DNA of 64,000 nucleotides, taken from contig JAFGSV010000012.1 of assembly GCA_016934325.1 (NCBI GenBank), positions 44,373-108,372 of the forward strand, in the 5' to 3' direction. The notes under the pieces are model-generated. The model searched no databases. It saw nothing but the letters and a program-made list of their open reading frames with translations, and had not been told where the DNA came from. How positions within the stretch are numbered: the first letter of the stretch is position 1; each line of letters opens with the position of its first letter. The position numbers were made by a program, and so were the translations under genes. This document shows positions 55,285 to 64,000 of this stretch, one piece after another. The stretch is from Candidatus Aenigmatarchaeota archaeon. Its GTDB lineage: Archaea; Aenigmatarchaeota; Aenigmatarchaeia; QMZP01; JAFGSV01.

Positions 55285-56160
55285 ATGCCCTCCCTGTACG
55301 AGAGAATGGCGAAGGCGTCTTTTGGCTGGCTGGCTGACAAAACGGTCACGAACTTCGAGCCGCTAAAGCCATACCTCAAGGGCGCCAGGATCAAGATGCT
55401 GATCAAGGCATGGGTCGGTGTCATATACCTGAGCTCCTTGATCGCTTTCTTCGCTTCGCTCGCGGCCGTCGTTATCCTTGGGATGCTTTATGACATCTAC
55501 TACCTGATATACCTGATCATGCTGGTCTTCATCCCCATACTGGGCGCATCCTTCACGTTCCTGACGCTCTACGTGTATCCGATGCAGAAGGCCAAGAGCA
55601 GGGCGAAATCCATCGAGAACAACCTGCCCTTCGCCGTGACCCACATGTCTGCGATAGCCTCATCCGGCATCCCGCCAGAGTTCATGTTCAGCCTGATAGG
55701 GGGCTTCAGGGAGTACGGGGAGATATCGGAGGAGGCGAACATGATAGTCAGGAACATAAGGACCTTCGGCTCCTCGAGCATCGCCGCCATGAAGAACGTC
55801 GCCAACCAGACCCCGAGCAAGGATCTGAAGGAGATATTGATGGGCATAAGCTCGACGATCGAGACTGGAGGGAACCTCACGGCCTACCTCAGGGAGATGT
55901 CGGAGAAGGCGCTGTTCGACTACAGGATAAAGAGGGAGAAGTACATCAAGACGCTTTCGACATACGCCGACATCTACACGGCGCTGCTCGTGGCGGCCCC
56001 CCTGTTCCTGCTGTCCACCATGGCAATAATGAGCATAATCGGAGGGGACATAATGGGACTGACGACGGGGCAGATAGTCACCCTTATGACCTGGCTGCTC
56101 CTGCCGGTGATGAACACGGCGTTCCTCGCCTTCATCCACATAACGTATCCGGGTGTTTAG
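55285..56160 (+). CDS. Type II secretion system F-domain (TadB/TadC-like) pilus membrane protein
   Basis: IENNLPFAVTHMSAIASSG.PP, EYGEISEE, TPS..L.E.L, TGGNL. Confidence 0.9.
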   Translation: MPSLYERMAKASFGWLADKTVTNFEPLKPYLKGARIKMLIKAWVGVIYLSSLIAFFASLAAVVILGMLYDIYYLIYLIMLVFIPILGASFTFLTLYVYPMQKAKSRAKSIENNLPFAVTHMSAIASSGIPPEFMFSLIGGFREYGEISEEANMIVRNIRTFGSSSIAAMKNVANQTPSKDLKEILMGISSTIETGGNLTAYLREMSEKALFDYRIKREKYIKTLSTYADIYTALLVAAPLFLLSTMAIMSIIGGDIMGLTTGQIVTLMTWLLLPVMNTAFLAFIHITYPGV

Positions 56161-57024
56161 ATGGAGATAAAGAGGTATTACGGGGAGATACTGTCGATAA
56201 TCGCAGGCGTGCTTATCATCATGGGGAACATCTTCGTTTTCCCGACGCTCATACCGCCCGAAATATTCACGGTCGTCGAGCCCCTGATAAACATGCTGGG
56301 GGCCCTGATCGCCATAGTCCCGCCGGTTCTCATTTTCTACACGAGGTACAAGGAGAGCAAGGAGGTAGAGGCGCAGTTCACGATATTCATCACGGACTTC
56401 ACGGAGGCCATAGATTCGGGAATGACCTTGCCCATGGCGCTCAGGTTCTGCGGCAAGAAGAGCTATGGGGTCCTGACGCCCAGCATCAGGTCGATAACGG
56501 CGCAGGTCGACTGGGGCATCCCCTTCAGGGAAGCGCTGAAGATGTTCAGCCACAAGGTGGGCTCCATTACCGTGAGGAGGGCGATCACCACGATAATAGA
56601 GACCTACAAGGTGGGAGGGAAGATATCGGACACCCTGAAGGCCGTGGGCGAGAGCCTGATAGAGATAAACAAGATCAAGGCCGAGAGGTCCGTGTCCGTG
56701 CAGTCCCAGATACTGACGTCCTATCTGATATTCTTCGTCTTCATCTTCATCCTCGTCATCCTGCAGAGCTTCCTCATACCCGCCCTCACTCCCCAGACCG
56801 ACGTCGCAGGCATAACGTCGATGTCGGGAGGGGCCGTGCCCGAGATGTTCCCTCCCGAGATATTCGTGAACTTCATAGTTGTCCAGGGATTCTTCGCCGG
56901 GCTGGCCACCGGGAAGATGGCCGAGGGGTCCGTCGTGGCGGGGGTGAAGCACTCCCTCGTGCTCATAGTCATCGGTTACAGCATATTCAGCATAGCTGGC
57001 CATTTCCAGATAAGCTTCTTCTAG
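56161..57024 (+). CDS. Type II secretion system F-domain (TadC-like) pilus membrane protein
   Basis: SGMTLP.AL, YG.LT, WGIPF.EAL, GG.ISD.L, QGFFAGL..GKMAEG...GVKHS. Confidence 0.9.
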   Translation: MEIKRYYGEILSIIAGVLIIMGNIFVFPTLIPPEIFTVVEPLINMLGALIAIVPPVLIFYTRYKESKEVEAQFTIFITDFTEAIDSGMTLPMALRFCGKKSYGVLTPSIRSITAQVDWGIPFREALKMFSHKVGSITVRRAITTIIETYKVGGKISDTLKAVGESLIEINKIKAERSVSVQSQILTSYLIFFVFIFILVILQSFLIPALTPQTDVAGITSMSGGAVPEMFPPEIFVNFIVVQGFFAGLATGKMAEGSVVAGVKHSLVLIVIGYSIFSIAGHFQISFF

Positions 57025-57099
57025 GAAAGGCCGTTTCCGGGAAGAAGAGAACCATATTTAAGCTGCTGCGGGGAAATAATAATCATAGGCTGATGCGTC

Positions 57100-57528
57100 A
57101 TGGCGAGGAAAGCGATCTCACCCATCATTGCCATCGTTATCATAATAGCCATAGTGGTGACGCTGGGCGGCCTGCTGTCATCCTGGCTGAGCGGCTTCGT
57201 TTCGGAAAGCACCCAGACCGACATGTGCGCCATAAACACCATGTACACCGTCAGCGAGGCGACTCACAACGAGACTAGCGGATTGATAAAGGTCAAGGTA
57301 AAGAACAACGGCAGGTACGGGCTTTACAACTTCTCCATCGAGGCCGACAACGGGACGACCATAGCCCTGATCCCCTCCACGTCCCCGGCCCCCACGTACA
57401 TACTCGGGACGGGCAAGACCCAGTACGTGCTGGCGAACAGCTCGGGCTACAACATCACCAAAATCGAGAGCATCAAGGTGCTCGTCGGCTCATGCCAGGC
57501 GTACTCGCCCTCGCCTGTCGGTATTTAG
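57100..57528 (+). CDS. Archaeal type IV pilin
   Basis: MARKA|ISPIIAIVIIIAIVVTLGGLLSSW class III signal. Confidence 0.88.
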   Translation: MARKAISPIIAIVIIIAIVVTLGGLLSSWLSGFVSESTQTDMCAINTMYTVSEATHNETSGLIKVKVKNNGRYGLYNFSIEADNGTTIALIPSTSPAPTYILGTGKTQYVLANSSGYNITKIESIKVLVGSCQAYSPSPVGI

Positions 57529-57575
57529 CAAATATTTAAAAGCAACCGACGCCAATAAATAAAAAGGAGAATGAA

Positions 57576-58010
57576 ATGACACGGAAATCAAAGGGCATAT
57601 CGCCTTTGGTCGCGGTCATCATGCTGATAGCGTTCACGATGATCGTCGCTGGAATTCTTGCCGGGTGGGCCACAAGGTTCGCCACCGAGCAGAGGAGCAT
57701 CCTCGAGAAGTGCGTAAGGGCCAACATAGTGATCAAGAGGGCTACCTACGCGGCCGGGAACCTGAGCGTTATGCTCTACAACGCGGGGACTGTCCCCCTC
57801 ACCAACTTCCAGGTGCAGGTCACCTACAACAGCAAGGGACCCCCCATGCCGAGCACTTGGACGATCTACGACTCGATCGATGCCAACTCCTTCGAGACCT
57901 TCTCACACAACGTGACGAACACGAGCATAGATTTCGTCGAGATGAGGTCGGTGGAGTGCCAGGGCGCCTACGACCTGATCAGAAGCTATGACGTAGTCGG
58001 GCTTCCCTGA
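57576..58010 (+). CDS. Archaeal type IV pilin
   Basis: MTRKSKG|ISPLVAVIMLIAFTMIVAGILAGW class III signal. Confidence 0.9.
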   Translation: MTRKSKGISPLVAVIMLIAFTMIVAGILAGWATRFATEQRSILEKCVRANIVIKRATYAAGNLSVMLYNAGTVPLTNFQVQVTYNSKGPPMPSTWTIYDSIDANSFETFSHNVTNTSIDFVEMRSVECQGAYDLIRSYDVVGLP

Positions 58011-58042
58011 GCGGCGGATCAGGCCCTTCTTGGAAGCATCGC

Positions 58043-61000
58043 TCATTCGACGGCCTTGAGGCCCGTCACGAACCCCAGCAGCTTCTTGACCTTGCTCTTC
58101 GCCACGTATGGGGAAATGTCCTTGCTCACCCATTCCAGCAAGGCCTCCTTGTCCTTGTAGTAGAGCGATATGAATTCCGCCACGTTGTCGTACTTCAGGA
58201 CGTCGTGCCTGAGCATCCATTCCAGCACCTTCTTCCTGTTCTCGAACTCCTCCTTTATGAGCTCGTAGTTCATCCCCTTCTCGAAGGATATCTTCCTCAG
58301 CAGGTCGGATTCGGTCAGTGCGCTGTCGAAGCCGTCCCTGGACGGGACCCAGACGAAGCTCTTCAGAGTCTTGGCCTTTCCCGAATCTATGTCGACCGAC
58401 TGGACCTCGACTATCTCCTTGATCCTCCTGGCCGATTCGCCCCTCTCCTTGGCCCTTATCATCACGAGAAGCAGGTCCAGCGACTCGACGAGGCTGGGGG
58501 AGAGCTCGATCGGCGGCGTCTCGAGCCTCTTTATGACATCCTCCACGGAGCCCGCGTGCATTGTGCCTATGCTGGCGTGGCCGCTGGCCATGCCCTGGAA
58601 CATGACGTACGCCTCCTTGCCCCTCACCTCGCCCACGATGACGTAGTCCGGGTTCTGCCTGAAGGACTCCTTCAGCAGCTCGAACAGGGTGACCTCCCCG
58701 TACCGCTTCCCGCTCGCCTCGGGCACCCCGAAGCCGATCCTCGAGACGGCAGGGATCCAGTTCTCGTGGGGCAGGTTCAGCTCCCTCGTATTGTGCAGTA
58801 TTACATTTGAGCACAAGAAATTCTCAAACCCGGGAACGGATATATCGTAAACCATCCTCTTTCTTTTTGGCAGTTTCTTGACCTTTGCCACTTTATCCCA
58901 TAATATGTCCGAGTGGGAAATATCATTGAAAATAGAGCCTTTCTCGGAGATTTCCCGAAGATAATCCCGTCCAATCCTCTGCATCCCTTGCAGATAGGGC
59001 CAACAGATTTTATGGTGATCGTTTACCTTTCTCAGTTGGCATTCTGTCAAAGGAATGACGTCAGAACAGGTGTGTTTCGGTTTTTTCAAGCATATCTTAT
59101 CAAGCTTGACGCTTTTCCTGCCTTGCAGGAAACCCACGTCATTCTTGAATTTCTTTACATTGTCATAAGATGATACGGATAGAGAAACGCAATGATCCTT
59201 TCTATTGAAATCCCCCATCCTCGAGATTATCCCCAGCCTCAGAAACACCGTTTGTATGTCTTTGAGCAGTTCCAAACTCTGGGAGGAGCAGGACACCTCA
59301 TAGTTCTTAACGGTGCCGTCAGCGCTGAAATAGCCTTTGAGGACCTGTTTGAGTTGCTTGTTGCTGAGGTTGAAGATCGTGTCGGGGATTCCTTTCGTCC
59401 TGGAATACCCGTCAAGCTTGAGTACGTATTTCATGAACTTATAGAATATCGTGCTGTTGACAGACATGGAAACGCCATCGTTCATGCATGTTATGTTGAG
59501 ATCCAGTTTTCTTGCTAACCGCTCAACGATTCCCCTGCACTCACGGTCGCTGTTGGATATTATCACCCTGTTTGAGTTGTGGTTATCATAACTCCCATCA
59601 CCGAGCCACAAGCCGACGAAATTCAAAAATGCATCATCGAGATGAAAGATCACAGGCAGAGACTTCATGCCTCTGCTCTTAATCCTGAGCTGTCGCAGCT
59701 CGGACTTGGTAAAGGCGATGTCATCTTTCCGCAATCTGGATATTCTCATGATACCCCTTTTCTTGCACCATTGATACGTCGATTTCGACATCTTAAGATC
59801 TCTATAGCCCCTGTTCGCAAGCAACCTTCTCACCGGTTTCCCGGCAAGGAAATCATCCCTGTAGACATCCATGAAGTCCAGGAGGTTGATGATAGCTTTC
59901 CTTTCACCGTCAACGGGCAGAATTCTTGGCACGGCAATGAATTTACCTTCGATATCTGCCGGTTTGGCCTCTTCCATACCATTCTCGCCCCAGGAAAACA
60001 GCGAGTGATCGGAGGTCACCCTCACGGTTCTACCGGTGGATGTGAGGATTTCATAGACATCCTTATCGACCGAATGCTTGAAAATCTTTGAGGGTTCGGC
60101 GAACTTGATCTTGTAGTTGCCGTCCAATGTCAGAATCGGTTTTTTCGTGTCCTTATCAATATAATCCTTTATGCTCATCCTCTTTATGCCATTATCCTTC
60201 ACCAGGATTTCCGCCTCCCCCGTTACGCTGTCCTCGATGCTGACAATCCTGGCCTCGGGCTGTATGAACAGCGTGATGGCGTTCAGCATGCTGGTCTTGC
60301 CCGTGCTGACACCTCCGCATATGAGCAGTGATATGCCCGACTGGACGACAAGCCACAGGTAGGCCATGACATCCGTCGATGCCGTCCCCATCTTGATGAG
60401 CTCAATGGGGGAGAAGGGGAACTTCCTGAACTTCCTGATGGAGAACGTCGGGCCCTTGGTCGTGACGTCCTTGGCGAGCGACGCCTGCACCCTGCTTCCG
60501 TCTGGCAGGCTGCCGTCCAGCAGGGGCCTCGCGTACGATATGTACCTGCCGCAGCGCTCGGACAGCTTGACGACGAAGTTGTTCAGGTTGCCCATGTCCT
60601 TGTAAACCACGTTGCTGGCAAGGGAGCCGAATTTCGTGTGCACGACGTATATGGGGCTGTTTGCGCCGTCGCACCCCACGTCCTCTATGAACGGGTCGTG
60701 CATCATGGGCTCTATCTCGTTGAGCCCTATGAAGTCCCTGTAGATGTAATAGAGTATCTTCACGTACTGCTTCGACGAGAGGCGCACCCCCTCCTCTTCG
60801 AGGACAGCCAGCACCTTCTTCTCGAGGTACTCCATCGCCGTCCCCTGCTCCTCGAGGCTCGTCAGCTCAACGTCTATAAGCTCCAGGATGTCGCTCTTCA
60901 CCTTTTCCAGGATCTCCTGGTCGCTCTTGGTCAGCCTGGGCTCCAGGACGTTGTACCGCAGCACCTTCCTCTCCGGGTCCCACTTTATGTTCGCGAACAC

Positions 61001-61147
61001 GAGCGGCTCGAGAAGCGGGTATCTTATGTCGAGGTCCCTGACGTTCTTGGCGCTTGGCAGCGTGATGAGGAAAGATGGCTCCTTGATCTCTATCTTGGGG
61101 TACTGGCTGGATTTCTTCTTCTTGAACAAGGTTCTCAACGATTTCAT
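58043..61147 (-). CDS. Type IV pilus assembly ATPase (FlaI/GspE-like), intein-containing
   Basis: DGSLPDGSRV, FSIRKF, Walker A GGVSTGKT, SIED|TREL (spliced), FRQNPDYVIVGEVRG.EA, TMHA. Confidence 0.94.
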   Translation of the reverse strand: MKSLRTLFKKKKSSQYPKIEIKEPSFLITLPSAKNVRDLDIRYPLLEPLVFANIKWDPERKVLRYNVLEPRLTKSDQEILEKVKSDILELIDVELTSLEEQGTAMEYLEKKVLAVLEEEGVRLSSKQYVKILYYIYRDFIGLNEIEPMMHDPFIEDVGCDGANSPIYVVHTKFGSLASNVVYKDMGNLNNFVVKLSERCGRYISYARPLLDGSLPDGSRVQASLAKDVTTKGPTFSIRKFRKFPFSPIELIKMGTASTDVMAYLWLVVQSGISLLICGGVSTGKTSMLNAITLFIQPEARIVSIEDSVTGEAEILVKDNGIKRMSIKDYIDKDTKKPILTLDGNYKIKFAEPSKIFKHSVDKDVYEILTSTGRTVRVTSDHSLFSWGENGMEEAKPADIEGKFIAVPRILPVDGERKAIINLLDFMDVYRDDFLAGKPVRRLLANRGYRDLKMSKSTYQWCKKRGIMRISRLRKDDIAFTKSELRQLRIKSRGMKSLPVIFHLDDAFLNFVGLWLGDGSYDNHNSNRVIISNSDRECRGIVERLARKLDLNITCMNDGVSMSVNSTIFYKFMKYVLKLDGYSRTKGIPDTIFNLSNKQLKQVLKGYFSADGTVKNYEVSCSSQSLELLKDIQTVFLRLGIISRMGDFNRKDHCVSLSVSSYDNVKKFKNDVGFLQGRKSVKLDKICLKKPKHTCSDVIPLTECQLRKVNDHHKICWPYLQGMQRIGRDYLREISEKGSIFNDISHSDILWDKVAKVKKLPKRKRMVYDISVPGFENFLCSNVILHNTRELNLPHENWIPAVSRIGFGVPEASGKRYGEVTLFELLKESFRQNPDYVIVGEVRGKEAYVMFQGMASGHASIGTMHAGSVEDVIKRLETPPIELSPSLVESLDLLLVMIRAKERGESARRIKEIVEVQSVDIDSGKAKTLKSFVWVPSRDGFDSALTESDLLRKISFEKGMNYELIKEEFENRKKVLEWMLRHDVLKYDNVAEFISLYYKDKEALLEWVSKDISPYVAKSKVKKLLGFVTGLKAVE
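58790..60229 (-). mobile_element. Intein (480 aa) with LAGLIDADG homing endonuclease in the pilus ATPase
   Basis: Starts SVTGEAEI, block B VTSDHSLF, FVGLWLGDG and LKGYFSADG, ends VYDISV...VILHN|T(+1); AT-rich relative to the exteins. Confidence 0.93.
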
Positions 61148-61151
61148 GAGT

Positions 61152-61418
61152 TTACCTTTTCTTCCTTCTTACGATGTGCCTGTGCCTCGCGCAGGCTGGG
61201 CACGCGTACATCTTGCTGCTCATCAGCGAGATCGGCCGCCTGTTCCCCGGCCTGAGCTCTTCCTTCAGGAGGGGATCTGTGATCCTGAATCCCCTCACCA
61301 CCGAGAAGGTCTTGTACTTGGGGACCTTCCTGCCGCAGAACGCGCAGGTGACAAGGGTTTCCTTGCCCCTGCCCGGGCCGTGCTTCCATCCTCTGGTGTA
61401 TCCTTTATTAGGTCTCAT
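61152..61418 (-). CDS. rps26e: 30S ribosomal protein S26e (eS26)
   Basis: GRG....V.C..CGRKVPK.K ... KMYACPACARH..IVR matches the eS26 Zn-finger pattern; AAGGTGG SD. Confidence 0.82.
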   Translation of the reverse strand: MRPNKGYTRGWKHGPGRGKETLVTCAFCGRKVPKYKTFSVVRGFRITDPLLKEELRPGNRRPISLMSSKMYACPACARHRHIVRRKKR

Positions 61419-61492
61419 ATGATCCACCTTTAATTATTGTTGAATCCCAACTATTAAAATGGTGCACATAGAAAAGCGCCCGCCTCGGCAGC

Positions 61493-62899
61493 CTAGCCTT
61501 TGATGACTCCCAAGGGCTCGAACCTGGCGACCCGCAGGGATATGCCAGCGCCATGCACCGAATCCACGACCGCCTCGACGTCCTTGTACGCCAGGGGGGC
61601 CTCCTCGGCCAGGCTCTGTGGGTGCGGGCTCTTGGACTCGATGCCCTTCCGCGCCAGCTCGTCCTTTATCTTCCCGCCCCAGAACCTCTTTATGGCCGCG
61701 TGCCTGCTCATGGCCCGGCCTGCGCCGTGCGCGCTGGACCCGAAGGTCTTCTCGAGCGCCGTCTCGGTGCCTTTCAGCAGATAAGAGCTGGTGCCCATGG
61801 TGCCGGCGATTATGACGGGCTTCCCGGGATATGACCTGGTGGCCCCCTTCCTGTGAACGTACAGGGACCTCCTCTTGCCGTCTATCTTGAACTCCTCCAG
61901 CTTGACGATGTTGTGCGCTATGGCGTACACGGTCCTCATTTCCATGTCCTCCCAGGTCCTGCCGAACACGCGCTCGAACACCTCCCTGATCCACTTGGTC
62001 ATGACGGCCCTGTTCGTGAATGAGTAGTTCACGGCCGCCTTCATCGCCGCGAAGAAGTCCTGGCCTTCCTTGGAATCCACCGGGGCGCACGCCAGCTGCT
62101 TGTCGGGCAGCCATATCTTGTACTTCTGGACGGCCTGCTCCTGGATCTTCAGGTAGTCCGTCGCGATCTGGTGGCCCAGCCCCCTCGAGCCGCAGTGCAG
62201 CATGATGGTCACCTGGTCCGGGCCGGTAAGCCCCCATTTCTCCGCGGTCTGCCTGTCGAAGATGTCGGTGACCCTCTGTATCTCCAGGAAGTGGTTGCCC
62301 GCCCCAAGCGTACCGCACTGGGGGGCTCCCCTCTTCTTGGCGAGGTCGGACACCTTGTCCGGGTCTGCGCCGGCCATCCTGCCGCCCTCCTCGGTCGCCT
62401 GCTGGTCCTCCTTGGTCACATAGCCGTTGTCGACGGCCCAGTCAAGGCCCTTGACGAGGATCTCGTCCAGCTGTCCCGGGCTGAGCCTCAGCTTGCCCCC
62501 GGAGCCCACCCCGCAAGGGACCGCGCTGAAGAGGCCGTCAACGAGCTCCTTCTGCCTCTTCCTGACATCGTCGGCGGTGAGGTTCGTCCTTATGAGGTTT
62601 ATGCCGCAGTTTATGTCGAAGCCGCAAAGGCCGGCGGATATTATGCCCTCCTTGTCATCGAACGCGGATACCGCGCCCATGGGAAGCCCATATCCCCAGT
62701 GCATGTCCGGCAACCCCACGACGGGGCTGACAACCCCCGGAAGGGTGGCGACGTTCGTGAGCTGCTGGATGGCGTCCTCCTCTATCGCATCCAGGATCTT
62801 CTGGTTCGCGATTATCCTGGCGTCTACCCTCATCTCCTGCCTGGCCGATTTCGGCAGGAGCCATTCGAACCCGTTCACCTTTTTCAGCTTTTCCTTCAT
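61493..62899 (-). CDS. rtcB: tRNA-splicing ligase RtcB
   Basis: LPDMHWGYGLPMG, GFDINCG, GTLGAGNHFLEIQ, HCGSRGLGHQ, HNI, HRKGAT, HGAGR, EEAP.AYKD. Confidence 0.97.
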   Translation of the reverse strand: MKEKLKKVNGFEWLLPKSARQEMRVDARIIANQKILDAIEEDAIQQLTNVATLPGVVSPVVGLPDMHWGYGLPMGAVSAFDDKEGIISAGLCGFDINCGINLIRTNLTADDVRKRQKELVDGLFSAVPCGVGSGGKLRLSPGQLDEILVKGLDWAVDNGYVTKEDQQATEEGGRMAGADPDKVSDLAKKRGAPQCGTLGAGNHFLEIQRVTDIFDRQTAEKWGLTGPDQVTIMLHCGSRGLGHQIATDYLKIQEQAVQKYKIWLPDKQLACAPVDSKEGQDFFAAMKAAVNYSFTNRAVMTKWIREVFERVFGRTWEDMEMRTVYAIAHNIVKLEEFKIDGKRRSLYVHRKGATRSYPGKPVIIAGTMGTSSYLLKGTETALEKTFGSSAHGAGRAMSRHAAIKRFWGGKIKDELARKGIESKSPHPQSLAEEAPLAYKDVEAVVDSVHGAGISLRVARFEPLGVIKG

Positions 62900-63015
62900 G
62901 CACAACACCGCCGTGTGTCGAGGATGATGATATTGATATTGTTCATTATTCATCGATCATATATAAATAATGTAATGGTAAATCGAGCGAGAGAATATTG
63001 ACGGCGTCAACAATG

Positions 63016-63429
63016 TCAGATGTCGAGGCTGACCCTTGCAAGGTATCCCTTATCCGTCTTTTCCAGCCTGAACCCGTAATAGGTTACGGCCTTGACGACG
63101 GTCTCCCCCAGCTCGGGCCTGATGCCTTCCCCGTGGACCTTCGCTTTCAGATGAAAATCATCTATCTCAAGTATTTCGAACCTCGAGAAGAACAAGCCGT
63201 CGGTATCGACCAGTCCGATCAAGTGCTGAAGCCAGTTGATGAGCAGCTCTTCCCTGCCCTTGCCCCCGACTTCAACGGACCGGGTTTCCTTTCCCTTGAC
63301 CTTGTCGAGCTTGCATATGACGCTGAACATGGCAATGGCTGCGTTGGTGAAGACCTCCCTCAGGTCCTTGCCGTAGGCCTCGAACATCACGTCCGAGGTT
63401 AGATCGTCGACAAACTTGTACCCGTCCAT
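63016..63429 (-). CDS. Archease
   Basis: Y.F.D..TSDV.FEAYG, L..WL..L, VKAVTYY, C-terminal LDI; adjacent to rtcB. Confidence 0.93.
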   Translation of the reverse strand: MDGYKFVDDLTSDVMFEAYGKDLREVFTNAAIAMFSVICKLDKVKGKETRSVEVGGKGREELLINWLQHLIGLVDTDGLFFSRFEILEIDDFHLKAKVHGEGIRPELGETVVKAVTYYGFRLEKTDKGYLARVSLDI

Positions 63430-63495
63430 ATCGTACCGCCAATTATCACTGGGGAAGGAACATATAAAAGAGCGGCGAGCAAGGCGCTAGCATGC

Positions 63496-64000
63496 CTATT
63501 TGAATATGACGCCCTTGTCGGTCAGGTCGTACTCGACCCAACCGCCCTTGCAGGATGTCCCCCTCATCCTGAGGACTCGCAGGAACTTGCCCCCCTCCTC
63601 CATCTTCGTCTCGATCAGGCCGTCCGTGAGGAAGTTCAGCGTGTTGACCGTCTGTGGGTCATGGACCCCCTCCTCCAGCACGAGCAGCTCCGTGGCCCCC
63701 CTCTTCCTCGCCTTGGCTATCAGGATCGGTATGAACTTGATCACCATGTCGGTCGAGACGTACAGCAGCAGGGATGAAAGGGAGTCGAAAACGCCCCTCT
63801 TGTTCTGGCTGTTCGCCAGCTTGTCGAGCAGGTCCGACAGCGAAAGGTTGAGGGAGTCGATGTTTAGCCCGCCCTGCAGGACGTGCTTCCATACCTTCTC
63901 CTCGGCGCCCCCCGTCCTCCATGAATATATGTCGAGGAACAATAGCTTCCTGGATCTGATGAACGGGCCGATGTCCCATGAGAAGCTGCTCATCTTCTCC
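63496..64000 (-). CDS. KaiC/RAD55-family RecA-like ATPase (5'-partial)
   Basis: FLDIYS, VFDSLS.L, EEGVHD, DGLIE, LRVLRMRGT, Y..TDKG; frame open to the window edge. Confidence 0.85.
   Translation of the reverse strand, partial: EKMSSFSWDIGPFIRSRKLLFLDIYSWRTGGAEEKVWKHVLQGGLNIDSLNLSLSDLLDKLANSQNKRGVFDSLSSLLLYVSTDMVIKFIPILIAKARKRGATELLVLEEGVHDPQTVNTLNFLTDGLIETKMEEGGKFLRVLRMRGTSCKGGWVEYDLTDKGVIFK

Noticed and set aside
362-63979. Numerous long antisense or alternate-frame ORFs in the track (e.g. 8133-9266, 28113-29429, 30577-32022, 43634-44695, 55660-57003, 61434-62318)
   Set aside because: They shadow well-supported genes, show the composition expected from GC-rich third positions, and have no motifs.
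55285-64000. Possible archaellum (FlaI/FlaJ plus KaiC-like FlaH)
   Set aside because: No arlF/arlG; two separate Tad-like membrane genes; short pilins; the KaiC-like gene is separated by rps26e, rtcB and archease.
1-64000. CRISPR array, rRNA, IS element, integrase or provirus, genetic-code reassignment
   Set aside because: No regularly spaced repeats, rRNA-like tracts, or transposase/integrase/capsid motifs were seen; conserved genes end at standard stops with expected lengths.

Overview
Archaeal genomic DNA with moderately high GC and AT-rich TATA-type promoters. It is most likely from a DPANN archaeon (Aenigmarchaeota-like is an inference), based on the fused PriS-PriL primase, form III RuBisCO and the pilus loci. 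Housekeeping blocks: primase/gins15/rpl44e/rps27e/aIF2a; srp54/pus10/rpl21e/rpoF/tfb; ABCE1, ychF and dph5; radA/rpa; rps26e/rtcB/archease. Other content: (i) a 5'-truncated cadherin/Ig-like surface protein; (ii) a four-gene ORFan operon with a HExxH protein; (iii) a ~17 kb non-canonical type IV pilus-like locus with four paralogous membrane proteins, two coiled-coil proteins, an ATPase, a TadC-like platform, a 1153-aa pilin-anchored protein with predicted membrane-inserting segments, and nine further small pilin-like genes including 39- and 42-aa micro-pilins; (iv) a complete AMP/pentose-bisphosphate pathway cluster (R15P isomerase, RuBisCO III, AMP phosphorylase) next to enolase and gpmI, with a 500-aa LAGLIDADG intein splitting the DKH|S phosphate-binding motif of AMP phosphorylase; (v) an intron-containing tRNA-Cys followed by an AT-rich HxlR/radC islet; (vi) a second, canonical pilus locus whose ATPase carries a 480-aa intein. 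No rRNA, CRISPR array, transposase or integrase was seen. All family calls come from motif recognition by eye; no database searches were run.
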